From Octopus sinensis (Eukaryota), in contig NC_043011.1 of the NCBI RefSeq assembly GCF_006345805.1, forward strand, positions 41,180,464 through 41,244,463: DNA of 64,000 bases. Reading direction: 5' to 3'. The notes below the pieces were generated by a model. The model saw only the letters and a list, made by a program, of their open reading frames with translations. It was not told where the DNA came from and searched no databases. Below are positions 25,840 to 37,825 of the stretch, piece after piece. The first letter of the stretch is position 1. Each line of letters opens with the position of its first letter. The position numbers and the translations under genes were made by a program.

Positions 25840-27120
25840 GTGTATGTATGTATGTATGTATGATGTATGTAGATAGATAAATAGATAGATAGATAGTCTT
25901 TTCGTTTGTACACCCAAGCGTATTGTACGAGTGTGGGTATACATATATATACACATACAAATATATTATACATTTTATACGTATGTGAGTATATATATAT
26001 ATATAAATATATATATCCAATAACTCTTAATCGATAGAATAGTACTAAGACAGTATGCATGTTTATCTAGCTGCGATATATGTTCGATGCGATCAACATA
26101 CTTTCGGAAACAATGTCCATAAAGGGTTATAAAGGGGGCTCGAAAAGATATAGTCCATTGCATTACATTGCAAGAATTGATGGTAACGAGCAGGTATATA
26201 TTTAAGAAATTAATCAAGAGAGAAATTGCAATGTTAATGACCTTTGCAAGACCTCCACCACCACCACCTCACTTGTGCGAGATTAATATATACGTGTGTT
26301 TGTGTGTTTGTGGAAACTATGTAGAGTAGTAAAAATGTGAATGTATGTATGTGAATATGAATGTATGTATGTTACATTAGAGATGCGTGTATTTATAGAG
26401 TTACTGACTTAGTCCTTCGAATGTACTGAAGATCGTAGCTATCAAAAGCATGAAACACCTACGCGGAACCTCGGCGTGTTATCTACAGACATATGTATAT
26501 ATATATATGTGTGTGTGTGTGTGTTGCGAAACTATTATATTAAAAGACATGTTGTACATAGGAATGTGTGAGTCTGTGTGTGTGTGACTGTACGTAATAA
26601 ATAAATATATATATATATATATATATGATACATTATTGTAATGATATTAATGTCATTTGCTTTGACCTTGTACGATCACAAGAATCCATCAACGGGGAAA
26701 ATTAAATCGTCCTTATCGATATTAATTGATTAATAAGGAAACGATGACCGTCCCGTAAACAAGTAAAAAAAGGTCGAACTTCGATGAGTATATGGACGGA
26801 TTTCTTGCACACGACTTGGGTCTTCTTCATTCAGAAACAGACAATGAATTAACCATGTTACGACCATCTCATCTAACGAGGAGGGGGAAATGTACGTCCT
26901 CATCTTCGATTCTACTCCGCCAGTAAAAAAAAAACCTACCATTCCCTATTCTTTAGTTTATACACCTTCATTTGTTATTATCATCATCATCATCATCATT
27001 ATTATTATTATCACCTTAATACAAGATTCTTCAAAAATATATCTGAATGCACACCATCCAAAAATCACTTTACCTTTATATTCACTATATTAGAATTATA
27101 CATACACACACACACATATA

Positions 27121-27169
<49 letters not shown>

Positions 27170-27269
27170 GCATATACAAACACAATCACTATAAATACTA
27201 TATATATAATCATACATTATATAGTTTCTATGAGGTGTGTAAAAATATATAAATAGATATATCACGTGT

Positions 27270-27584
<315 letters not shown>

Positions 27585-28782
27585 TAACAAGAAAACCTAA
27601 GTGTGCGTGTACCCAAATGTTGAGTGCACAGGAAAGAGCATGTCTATGGCATTTTTAAAGAATAAAACAAACAGCTATAAATTACCTGAAACATCTAAAC
27701 AATATCACCAAAAATTAATATGAATTCTTAGATCTATTCTTTAATATTATATTTAGTAAATGATATTTACCTTTGTGAGACCAGATCGAAGTAAATAAGC
27801 CATTGTATATATATAAGTATATATATATGTGTGTATATGAAGGCTGGTAGTGGTTTATATGGGCCAGACACTGCTGACTGCCAATACAATTAAAGAAATT
27901 GTTCAGCCTGCTTGGAGCTTTTTGGTTTGAGAAGGTATAAATAGTAGCTTAAAAGAAGAGCGATTTTGTTTCAAGGGTGATAACTCAGAGATTTTGGGCA
28001 TTGGTTTGCTTAATTGAGAATTTTGAGCTTTTAATCGTTTGTGCATGGGGAAGTAATTCTCGCACAGGGAAAACGCTGTTCACACAATAGGGCAAGAGGG
28101 CAAAAGTTCGTTCGATCTCGATTTTCAGCTGGTTTAAAAGAAGAAAAAAATTTATATATGTGTATACATATATGCACAGACATGAACGCAAAAAGGGCAA
28201 TCTTGATTTTCAGCTGAATTAAAAGAAGAAAAAAATTTATATATGTGTATACATATATGCACACACATATACACAGACATAAACACATACATACATAAAC
28301 ATCAGCTGAAAAAAAAATAAAGAAAAAAAATTTTACGGAAAATGTCGAAAAACTTTCACTTCTCATATACTTTCTCCGAAAGATTGCCTATTGTTAAACA
28401 AAACAGTTTGTCCAAGCTCTTCTCACACTCTTGAAGAAAGAATAATTAAAGCATTTTGACCGAAGGCTCTAAATATTCTTTGCGCTTTATAGAATGGTTT
28501 ATAAAATTTCTAACATTGGCTACAAGATCGGGCATTGGCAAAGTGGTGGGGGAAGGAATCGATAAAATTTCTTTCAATATTTGACTAGTACTTTAATTTT
28601 GTCGATGTTAGCGATTAGTAATGGCATAACTACACAAGTGTGCCTCATTAATTTACTTCTTCATAATTGTCAGAAAAACTGGTAATTTTCAATGAAGTTT
28701 TCTGCAGATACCTTTCAGATGGTGTAGATTCCGATCATAACGGAATTTAAAATGAAAAATTCGCATGAGTCGTTTTTATTTA

Positions 28783-29110
28783 CTCATAACTTACAGAAAA
28801 ATTTAAATTTTTAAATGAAAATTTCTACAAATAGTTTTCAGACAGTGTACATTATGATCATATCAGAATTTTAATTAAGAAAGAAAAAAAACTGGTGGGC
28901 GCATACACGTACATCTTGCCACAAATCACAATTTTTTTTTTTTTCTTCAAAGTTTCATTTTGTAGATATATGTGAACTGTATCAGTATGTGTGCGCCCTC
29001 CGATTCTGTCTTTTTCTCTGCATTAAATTCGGTATAATCGTAATCAAATTCAGCTGAAATACATTTGTAGAAATTTTCATTAACAAAATTATCATTTTTC
29101 CGAAATTTAT
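28783..29110. mobile_element. Diverged AT-rich palindromic MITE
   Basis: 28783-28909 and 28986-29110 are diverged reverse complements; related to 35699-35995. Confidence 0.55.
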
Positions 29111-29420
29111 GAGGAAATATATATGTATATATATAATCAATAATAATAAAGGGTAAAATTAATTAATCAATTTATAATTAATAACCTTACGAAGTAGTTC
29201 GGTATGTTAAAAGAACTATTAACGGTAAACTTGTACAATTTTTTTTATAATTATAAACATAATTATAATTAGGGCTTAGCAAAACTGCTTCACCACATAC
29301 CAAAATTTAGAAATAGCAGTTAAATACAATTCTACTACCATAAGATATCTCCCAGACAGCAATACTCTCAACTCACACAGGCAAAGAAAAAAAATTACAA
29401 ATCTATCCGGCTTTGATTAA

Positions 29421-29487
29421 CTACATACGCGTTTCTTGATTAAAGATATGTAAAATAACTCATACCTTATTTCCGTCATCAGTACAG
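29421..29487 (-). ncRNA. Type I hammerhead-like motif with long helix II
   Basis: CUGUA-CUGAUGA-...-GAAAC-GC-GUA-UGUAG; palindromic ACGCGU helix III; helix I has 5 pairs including two G-U; base of helix II is mismatched. Confidence 0.45.
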
Positions 29488-30142
29488 TATTTCAATTATA
29501 AATTTGAGAGCACTAGTAATCAAGATATCCATTCGACCAAGCACCATCGAACAAAATTAGTATCCAAAAAACCAATACTTCCGAATTCAAACAGACGAGT
29601 TATATATAGTTTATTCTTAAAAAGAATATTGTTGATAGTGACTTCGAAGTTTCGGCCAGTTAAGCCATCGTTGGTCTGCGATGCATTAGAATTTATCTTA
29701 GCTTAATATAGTCTCTGTTGGATTAAACTCTTCCTTGGGTGGGTGGGTTTGAGTGAGGTGATAATTAAGTTACAGGTTTCTTTCAGTTTCCGTCTACCAA
29801 TGCTTTGGTCGGTCCGAGGCTGTAGTAGAAGACACCTGCCCAAGGTGCCACGCAGAGGAACTGAACCCGGAACCATGTGGTTGGGAAGCGGAAGCTGCTG
29901 AATAGAATCACAGGTATATCCAAACATATATCTACACATACACAGTTGTATATTCACTTCTGGTTTGCTTTTATTTTTCTTAACAACTGTATAGTGGAAG
30001 ACGCTTATTAGAATCACGAATAATGTTATCAGCCGCTCATCAGAGTTATCCAAATTAGTAAAGCTCAAATTCTTTATTTAGTTTATGTAATCAGTCGGGT
30101 ATATTTATCAAGAAGACTTTGTCCCAAAGGAATAACTATAAG

Positions 30143-30402
30143 CATGGGCCCGGGAACCGGAGGTGCAGGGGGTGTGCTTGCACCCCCTAAATTTTTTTGT
30201 GGAATGCAAAATCAAAATTTGCTCCCCTACTTAGTTTTTTCAGATTTAGAAAACAGTGAGTAAAAAGTAGCTTGAATTAGGTTTCTTCTCAAAGAACCAA
30301 GAACATAAATAAATAAATAAATAAACCATAGCCTTATTTGTAAAAAAATTTTGGTGGGACTGGGTTTGCACCTGCTAAGCAAATTTCATTCCCGCGCCAG
30401 TG
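30143..30402. mobile_element. hAT-superfamily MITE (260 bp)
   Basis: Imperfect TIRs CATGGGCCCGGGAA / TTCCCGCGCCAGTG; perfect 8-bp TSD ACTATAAG at 30135-30142 and 30403-30410. Confidence 0.85.
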
Positions 30403-30758
30403 ACTATAAGCTGTTTCTACTGAATATATGTACATATATGAAGCCGTTTATTGTTATCAAAATTAATGGGTGTCAAGCTCTTTATTTGCTTAATGTGATC
30501 AGATGGTTATTGATATCGAAAAGGATTCGTTTCAAAGGTTTTTCAAGGGACTCCTTTAATGTATATTCTACAGGACTTGTTAAAACCATATAAATTGTTC
30601 TCTGAGATACATATAAAGATGGTTATTTCTGTAAAAATTAATGAGTTACAAACACTTCCGTTGCTTAACGTAATCAAACGGTTATTGATATCAAAATGGC
30701 TTCATTGAAGTGATTACAAGAAGCTATTCCTTCAGGATATATTTTAAAGGATTTGTTT

Positions 30759-30764
30759 AAAAAA
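30759..30764 (-). terminator. Pol III terminator (T6) of tRNA-Ala
   Basis: TTTTTT 7 nt downstream of the tRNA 3' end on the minus strand. Confidence 0.75.
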
Positions 30765-30771
30765 TACGTCC

Positions 30772-30843
30772 TGGAGATGCCGGGGATTGAACCCGGGACA
30801 TTTCACATGCGAAGCGAACGCTCTACCACTGAGCTACATCCCC
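30772..30843 (-). tRNA. tRNA-Ala, anticodon CGC
   Basis: GGGGATGTAGCTCAGTGGTAGAGCGTTCGCTTCGCATGTGAAATGTCCCGGGTTCAATCCCCGGCATCTCCA: full cloverleaf, G3-U70 alanine identity pair, A/B boxes, loop TT-CGC-AT, T6 terminator. Confidence 0.93.
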
Positions 30844-30996
30844 AGCTGATATGATGCTGAAGATTATAACATGAAAATACGATATTGATACTTCAAAGAA
30901 AATAAGCTGTAAGAATGATCAATAAAATCACCACCATTTAGTATTATGACGTATAATCATACAAGTCTATTGTATCCCAGGTAGACAGAAGGGATG

Positions 30997-31543
30997 CGAA
31001 AAAAATTTTCCCACGAGAGTTCCGGACCCCAGTTATGAATTATTTGCATACAGCCAACCAGAGCTCAACTATCAAACTAATTTATGAGCGCATAAGTGAT
31101 GTGCGATAAGATAAGGTCACTTGGGGAAGAAATGACCACGCTTCTTTTCTCTTTTAAGAATGCTTGTTGTTCTTGTTCTTGTTTCAACCATGGCTGCCTC
31201 TGCATAATTATTTCTGTTGTTTTTTTACTTTGTAAAACAGTTAGGGGAGAGGGTTACTCACACATCACCCTCTACCCACATTTTTCTCATCCGTGTCTTT
31301 ACCGTATGGGGCCCTAACAAAATCCGATAATAGATATAAATGCAAATCTATCTACTTATTTGTCTCCTTCTAAAATCAGGCATAACTTGGCGATCGGTCG
31401 ACTTACAACACCATTCTTCGTCTTGAGTTTACTTGGGAGAGTGTGATTGTTAAGTTGACAACAAGGTCAAGGTGAGCTCTGATTGGTTGTATGCAAATGA
31501 GTTCATTACTGGGGTTCTGAACTCTCGTGGGAGAAAAATTTCG
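30997..31543. promoter_or_regulatory. About 70-bp inverted repeat carrying octamer and CCAAT-like boxes (regulatory element or MITE TIRs)
   Basis: 30997-31067 vs 31473-31543; ATTTGCAT at 31042, ATGCAAAT at 31340 and 31491; GATTGG at 31481. Confidence 0.45.
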
Positions 31544-32888
31544 TTGAAGGGACACGTTTTTAGTGAAGGTTTTAATATTCTACATATTTGTCCATCGGGA
31601 CGACGAGGACCGTTTAGGTGTCCTGGAGATGACTGATGATTCGTGCGATGTTGAAAGTGAAGAAAAGATGTGAAGCGTTAACCCCACTCTCTCGTCCGTG
31701 ACTGTCTTCAATGCAGTGGCAACACCAGCTCAAGACGACTGGGGAGGGAGAAGGATGCTATGGATGACCACGATGTCTTATCTGCCTCATCCTCCTCTTT
31801 GCACTCCACAATTTCTTTACTGCAGCCTTTCTTTCTCCGTTGAACTATGAAGGTTCCAAGACCGTTCCAAGAAAAGAAACTGGTGAGCTGTAGTAGAAAA
31901 AAAATAAGATTAACGTAGTGGCCTAATTCTGTGAGATAATGTTGTCTCGTCTTGGTAATTTATTTAGTTTATGAGAGCGTCTTCTCCGAGTTAATCTTTT
32001 ATTTTGTCAGCGCCTTGTATTCCCTTTAACTGATACCAATGACCTGTTCTTCTGTGGTGTCTAACACCATAATGGTGTCAGTAGCAAACGCCGATGAGGT
32101 TCTCCCACAGTTTTGATCTGGATCCCATAGTTTTGATCTGGACTCTCTTGATACACCGATATGTGACCATTTAGTCTGATAACTAAGCAGATTCCACTGT
32201 ACACCCAACCTCTAAAAACAGGACCGAAATTGTATGCAGTGAAGACCGCCTCTGTTCAACGACGATCAACCTTATAGACCACCCAGGGAAACACTTGAGT
32301 TTTTTGCCCCATTTCCCTATACAGGATTCCACGGTAAAAGTGCCCCCTTCATAAAAGTGCCGCCCAGGGAGAACCCTCCCATATACAGTCCACTGCTAAG
32401 AGAAAGCTTTCTTTGATCTAAATTTACCAAACGTCTACCCAATCCTTTCTCTTTAGGCCGCAGGTAGCACAAACACTTGAAAATTTAACTACAGCTGCAT
32501 TACTAACGTTAAAGATCTGGTTTTCAATATCAATAAAAGAAATTACAGAAACCATCTTAACATCTCTTTTCCCTAACCAATTCACTACAGTGCAGCATTA
32601 CTAATGCTAACTTATGACTTCTCAGCTGAAGATGCCTCTGTAGAGTGTTGCTATATTGAGCAAAAGTGAAGTCACAAGGCCAAATCAAACGAGACTGATT
32701 AGACTTAATGGAAGTTAAGTTATAAAATCAGACACACTCAACACACATATTCGTTTAGACTCCCAGAACGATGGTCATCAGCAGAACATGCCAAAGCATA
32801 TTCTGGAGGGTCAGATGTGTGCCACCTATGCGACTACGAAAATTTTCTTATATTAACATCTCCCATATTTTATATATAGCAAAGTATA

Positions 32889-32941
<53 letters not shown>

Positions 32942-33730
32942 TGTGTTTCTTAAGAGGATGTAGCATGCACCTAACATGTTTCAGACTCGACCCTTCATCA
33001 CGGAAGAGGATTGGAGTATATACGAACAGGTAGCATGGAAGTTGTTTTGAAGGTGAACGTGACTGTATTGGGAGAGGAGCAGGTCTTTTATTATCAATAT
33101 TATAGACTCCCGGGAAAACCAGTGCACTGGGCCTTATATGTGTTTATTTATTGACAGTAAACAACATCATGCATTGACCAAAAATGGAGCCCGAAAACCG
33201 TGTGGTCCATACTTTCAGACGGCACTGGAGATGAAAATCATTGGGTTTTTTTAATGGCTGGATCTCTTAAGGGTCTCAAGTGACACTGAGAGCAAGATGA
33301 TGGTATTAAACAAGGTAACAAATATACACTCCCAACCAAGAACAGGAATAATAGTCCTGATGGGTTTCCAGGTGGTTTGTGCAGATCTGAGGCTGTTGCA
33401 GAAAAGACTCGTCCAAAATAGTGCCATAATGTGGGATCGAACTTCGGAATATGTAGTTCCAAAACGAACTTTCTTTGTTTAACCATAGAACGTGAGATCA
33501 CCTTTCCTGAATCGACGTCGAAAGGATGAAAGTCAAAATCGACCTCGGCGGAATTTGAACTCACAGGTGTGCTAACGATTCTATTCATCTCACCACCTTT
33601 AAGTTGAATAAAACCATAATTAACTGATCCTCTTGTATTTTCTTTCACCCAAAGCCAGGAACTTTTCAGTCATTCCCTCCCACCTCGTGTGTGTGTATAA
33701 ATATGTATGAATGTATGTATGTATATCATT

Positions 33731-35390
33731 GTGAATAATATTCTTAAGGTCAACATTTACCCACTCGCGACCACTCCTAGGCTTTGTAACTAACTCATTG
33801 TTTAAGCAAATTAGATGATGTTTACCTTTTTAGATTCGTCACATTCTAAGCTACATTTTCAGCTACAGAATTTGAAAATTGGTTCATTAGAAAAAAAGCT
33901 TGAGTCAAATATGTGAGGTCAAAAACGGGAGAGTAACGCCTGAAATCGACTTCGATTCCAAATATTTTTTTTAAAGAAATCTATATTTCATTTTAGCTTA
34001 TATGATAGACCTCGGCGAGAGGAATCTTTCCATGTTACTTATATGCAAAAGTATTCTGTAGAAAAAAAGTACTGAGGTAAAAACCGGCAAAAAAAAGGAG
34101 ACTACCGCCTGAAATCAAATTTGACTCCAAATATTATTCTTATTTCAAAAGAAAACTATATTTAAATTTAACTTTTCTGATAAATCTCCACGAGAAGGAT
34201 CCGATGATGCTAATTATATATATAAAAAAGGGGTTTTTTAAACAAAAAACTATTGGGACCAAATGTGCCGAAAAAAGTTGTAACGTCTAAAATCAAATTA
34301 AAAACCTCAAATTTTTTTTTACCTCATATAATAGAACTCATGAAGACGAGTGTCGTGGTGCTAATCTGTTCAAAAAATACCATTCACACACGGTATTGTG
34401 TGAATAATATTCTTTAGGTCAATATTTACTCACTTGCGACCACTTCTAGGCTATGTAACTAACTTGCTTTTTACCCAAATTAGATGATGTTTACATTTTT
34501 AGGTTTGTCATATCATAAGCTACATTTCGGGCTAAAAAATTTGAAAATTGGTTCATCAGAAAAAAAGTTTGAGTCAAATATGAGGTTACAAATGGGAAAG
34601 TAACGCCTGAAATCGACTTTGGGTCCAAATTTTTGTTTTTGAATAAATCTATATTTTATTTTAGCTTATATGATAGACCTCGACGACAGAAATCTATCCA
34701 GGTTAGTTATATGTAAAAAAAATTCAGTAGAAAAAAAGTACTGAGGTCAAAACAGGACAAAAAAAAAAAAAAAGTGATTAACACCTGAAATCGAATTTGA
34801 CTCCAAATATTACTCTTTACTCTTTTACTTGTTTCAGTCATTTGACTGCGGCCATGCTGGAGCACCACCTTTAGTCGAATCAAATCAACCCTAGGACTTA
34901 TTCTTTGTAAGATTAGTACTTATTCTATCGGTCTCTTTTGCCGAACCGCTAAGTTACGGGGACATTTGAGTTCAAATTTCGCCAAGGTCGTCTTTTCCTT
35001 TTATCTTTTCAGTACTCAATAAAAATGAGTATCAGCTGAGCACTGAAATTGATGTGATCAACTTTCCCTCCCCTCCCGATTTAATGGCCTTATGCCAAAA
35101 TTGGAAACCAATACTGCTAAATGTTTGGTTCAGTTCAGTATTTAGGTACCTTGCAAAGATCTACCTCATATTCACAAAATACACTATATTGTAATAAATA
35201 TATATTGTAATAAACATCATTCACACATGGTAGTGTTGAATAATATTCTTAAGGTCAACATTTGCTCACACACGGCCACTTCCAGGCTTTGTCACTAGTT
35301 CAGTTGTTTTTTTTTTTTACCAAAATGATTATGTTTATACATTTTGAGATTGGTCCCTTCCTAAGCTACATTTTGGGCTACAAAATTTGA
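33731..35390 (+). repeat. Diverged tandem array, about 669-bp unit (one full and two partial copies), SINE-interrupted
   Basis: TGAATAATATTCTTWAGGTCAAYATTT starts at 33732, 34401 and 35237; internal subrepeats CCTGAAATC..TCCAAAT. Confidence 0.8.
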
Positions 35391-35698
35391 AATATATATA
35401 TATATATGTGTGTGTGTAGTGTATCGTGGCTTCTTTTCTATTACCCAGGTGTTAGGGCAACACAGCGATTCTTTAGTGCTCTTAAAAAATACCTCTAAAT
35501 ACTCTTATTATTATATTTCAAAGTCGTTATTGTGAAATTTAATAAAGTTAAGACTTTCTTCCGAGTAGCACACACTTACAGTATGCCTCTGCTCATATAT
35601 ACAATAACCATTTAACATTAATAACAGTGAACTATGGACGTAAACAGAGAAAAATATAGGCAGTGCTACAGATGTGTACCCTTCCACCGACTTTGTTT

Positions 35699-35995
35699 CC
35701 TCATAACTTTCTGAAAAATTAATATCTTTTTGTAAAATTTTGGGTAAACACATTTCAGATAATGTATATTACGATTTTATCAAAATTTAATGAAAAAATA
35801 AAATGGTGGGGGCGGATAATTCATACACCTCATCGAAAGCGGGATGTATGAATTATCCCCGCCCCATACACACACAATACTTTTTTCGTTTTTCTTTCAC
35901 ATCAAATTCTGGTATAATCATAATCTGCGCGATTTGAAATGTATTCGTAGATAATTTTATTGAAAAATACACATTTTTCTGAAAGCTATAACGAA
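35699..35995. mobile_element. Palindromic MITE with a strong central hairpin (35808-35865)
   Basis: GGGGGCGGATAATTCATACA ... TGTATGAATTATCCCCGCCCC stem with diverged outer arms. Confidence 0.6.
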
Positions 35996-36506
35996 GCAAA
36001 TCGTGATGTGAGAATTATCCGAAATTTCACTCTAAAAAAAATAAATAATCATAACAAATTCTAATATAACCCTAATCTGCACTATATAAAATGCATCTCT
36101 AGAAAATTTCAATGAAAAATATCTATATTTTTCTTCAAAGTTATAAAGAAAAAAATTTGGCAGGTGGATGGGCACGTATCTGTAGTTATGCCGGAACGAA
36201 AAGGTCAAGTTTCCAAGGGCAAATAACATTATTTAAATTGGTTTGAAATATGAAAATTTTACGAGGTGGAATATGAATAAGAAAGGCCTTGTGATGTTTA
36301 TGACTTTTCCTAAGGTTTTCAGAGCTGTAAACGGAATAAATCAGAACCGACTAGGAAACGAAACTGGATTCTACACTCACTCCTCCCTTAACGACGACGA
36401 TACACTTAAATGTTTTTCTTATTCCCAAGGACAACCACATGACACAATAATAATTATGCACGGGGAGATCACTCTATTTCATCACTTCGCTCTCCTGTTT
36501 TTAAAG

Positions 36507-37772
36507 ATGGCGTCGGCCATGCTGTGTGCGGTACGTACTTCGTTTTCTGTTTTACGTCCTTTACAAACATGTCACAGCCCTTCGATATTACCACTGCTGC
36601 AAAGCGCAAGATATTTGCCTATCCTAGCAAACCTTACTGATATCCGTTTCTCTTCTTTTTTCAAACGTCTTCCTGCTGATCGTCTCTGGGAGAGTGTCGG
36701 TGGTGTAAGTAATGCTGGTAGGAAAAAAGGTAGAGGTCGTGGCCGGAAAAGAAAAGTGGATCTACACATCGGTCAAATTCTCGGCGATGGTCAACAGCAG
36801 ATGGTTTGGCCCGGACTCAATGCCCCTGTCATGAAAGGTAAAAAACTGTTGAACGTTGAAAGTTTACCACACAATCCCGACAGAAAGGAACAGATACAGA
36901 AAGTAAGGGACCGTTTTCAAAGATCTCGTCATTTAAAAATTCCTGCTTTGCAACGTGGATGGACAGGGAGACGGATGCCCGGTATGAGTATAGGACCTCC
37001 AGATCCTTTAGACGATTTTACATTTGAAGGTTTCGATACAAGAGTATTAGAGCTTAAAACCGTAGCCAATATGACAGCAACTCTGGGACGAAAACGAAGC
37101 TACAGTGCATTTGTTGTGACTGGAAACAAAAACGGTCTTGCCGGGTTTGCTAAAGGTAGATCGGCTTCAGCTAAGGACGCTCTTAGGAAAGCGAAAAATA
37201 AGGCTGCCCTGCGATTACAGTATATTGAACGATTCGAGGATCACACACTATGGCATAATATATTTTGCCAGTATTACGCAGTGAAAGTTTTCGCTAAAAA
37301 AAGACCCAAAGGCTTCGGTTTAACGTGTCACCGAGTTCTGAAAACTATTTGCCAAGTTATCGGAATTGAAAATATGTACGCCAAGGTAGATAGCCACTCT
37401 AAAAACACACAGTGTATGACCAAAGCCTTCTTTGACGGTTTGTTGAAACAGGAAACACACCAAGAACTTGCAGACCGGATGAATATGCATCTTGTGGAAT
37501 TCCGAAATGAAAGAGAATATTTTCCAAATGTTGTTGCTTCACCTTCAGACGGAAAAATTTTGGATGCTCCTCCAGCAAACATTGACTTGGATTTTTCGCA
37601 GTTGTACTATGGTGGGAAAAGGCAATTACAGAAAAAGAAACGCTCCAATAATAATAATCCATTGATGCGAAGGAAACTATGGCTTGACTACAAACACAGA
37701 AACCAGTACCAATCTAGATTGGATAGAATTGTCCTCGGATTTGAAGAACCTGGGAACCAACAACAAAAGTAA
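36507..37772 (+). CDS. MRPS5: 28S mitochondrial ribosomal protein S5 (uS5m), 421 aa, intronless
   Basis: Motifs LWESVGGVSNAGRKKGRGRG, VWPGLNAPV, RGWTGRRMPG..GPPDP, FDTRVLELKTVANMTATLGRKRS, VVTGNKNGLAGFAKG, HTLWHN, GFGLTCHRVLKTICQVIGIENMYAKV. ATG at 36507 lies in AAGATGGCG context and is followed by an Arg/Ser/Leu-rich targeting-like peptide. Confidence 0.95.
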   Translation: MASAMLCAVRTSFSVLRPLQTCHSPSILPLLQSARYLPILANLTDIRFSSFFKRLPADRLWESVGGVSNAGRKKGRGRGRKRKVDLHIGQILGDGQQQMVWPGLNAPVMKGKKLLNVESLPHNPDRKEQIQKVRDRFQRSRHLKIPALQRGWTGRRMPGMSIGPPDPLDDFTFEGFDTRVLELKTVANMTATLGRKRSYSAFVVTGNKNGLAGFAKGRSASAKDALRKAKNKAALRLQYIERFEDHTLWHNIFCQYYAVKVFAKKRPKGFGLTCHRVLKTICQVIGIENMYAKVDSHSKNTQCMTKAFFDGLLKQETHQELADRMNMHLVEFRNEREYFPNVVASPSDGKILDAPPANIDLDFSQLYYGGKRQLQKKKRSNNNNPLMRRKLWLDYKHRNQYQSRLDRIVLGFEEPGNQQQK

Positions 37773-37825
37773 AATGTTTAGTTATAAAACATTTATAATG
37801 GTATGATTGAAACTTTGTTACATAT

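Noticed and set aside
32977-33030. MFQTRPFITEEDWSIYEQ resembling the PEP-synthase QSRPIT motif
   Set aside because: No flanking exons or further similarity; the sequence is better explained by the antisense hammerhead relic.
36243-36506. 88-aa N-terminal extension of the 509-aa ORF
   Set aside because: Starts at TTG, has no uS5m similarity, and precedes the targeting peptide; ATG 36507 has better context.
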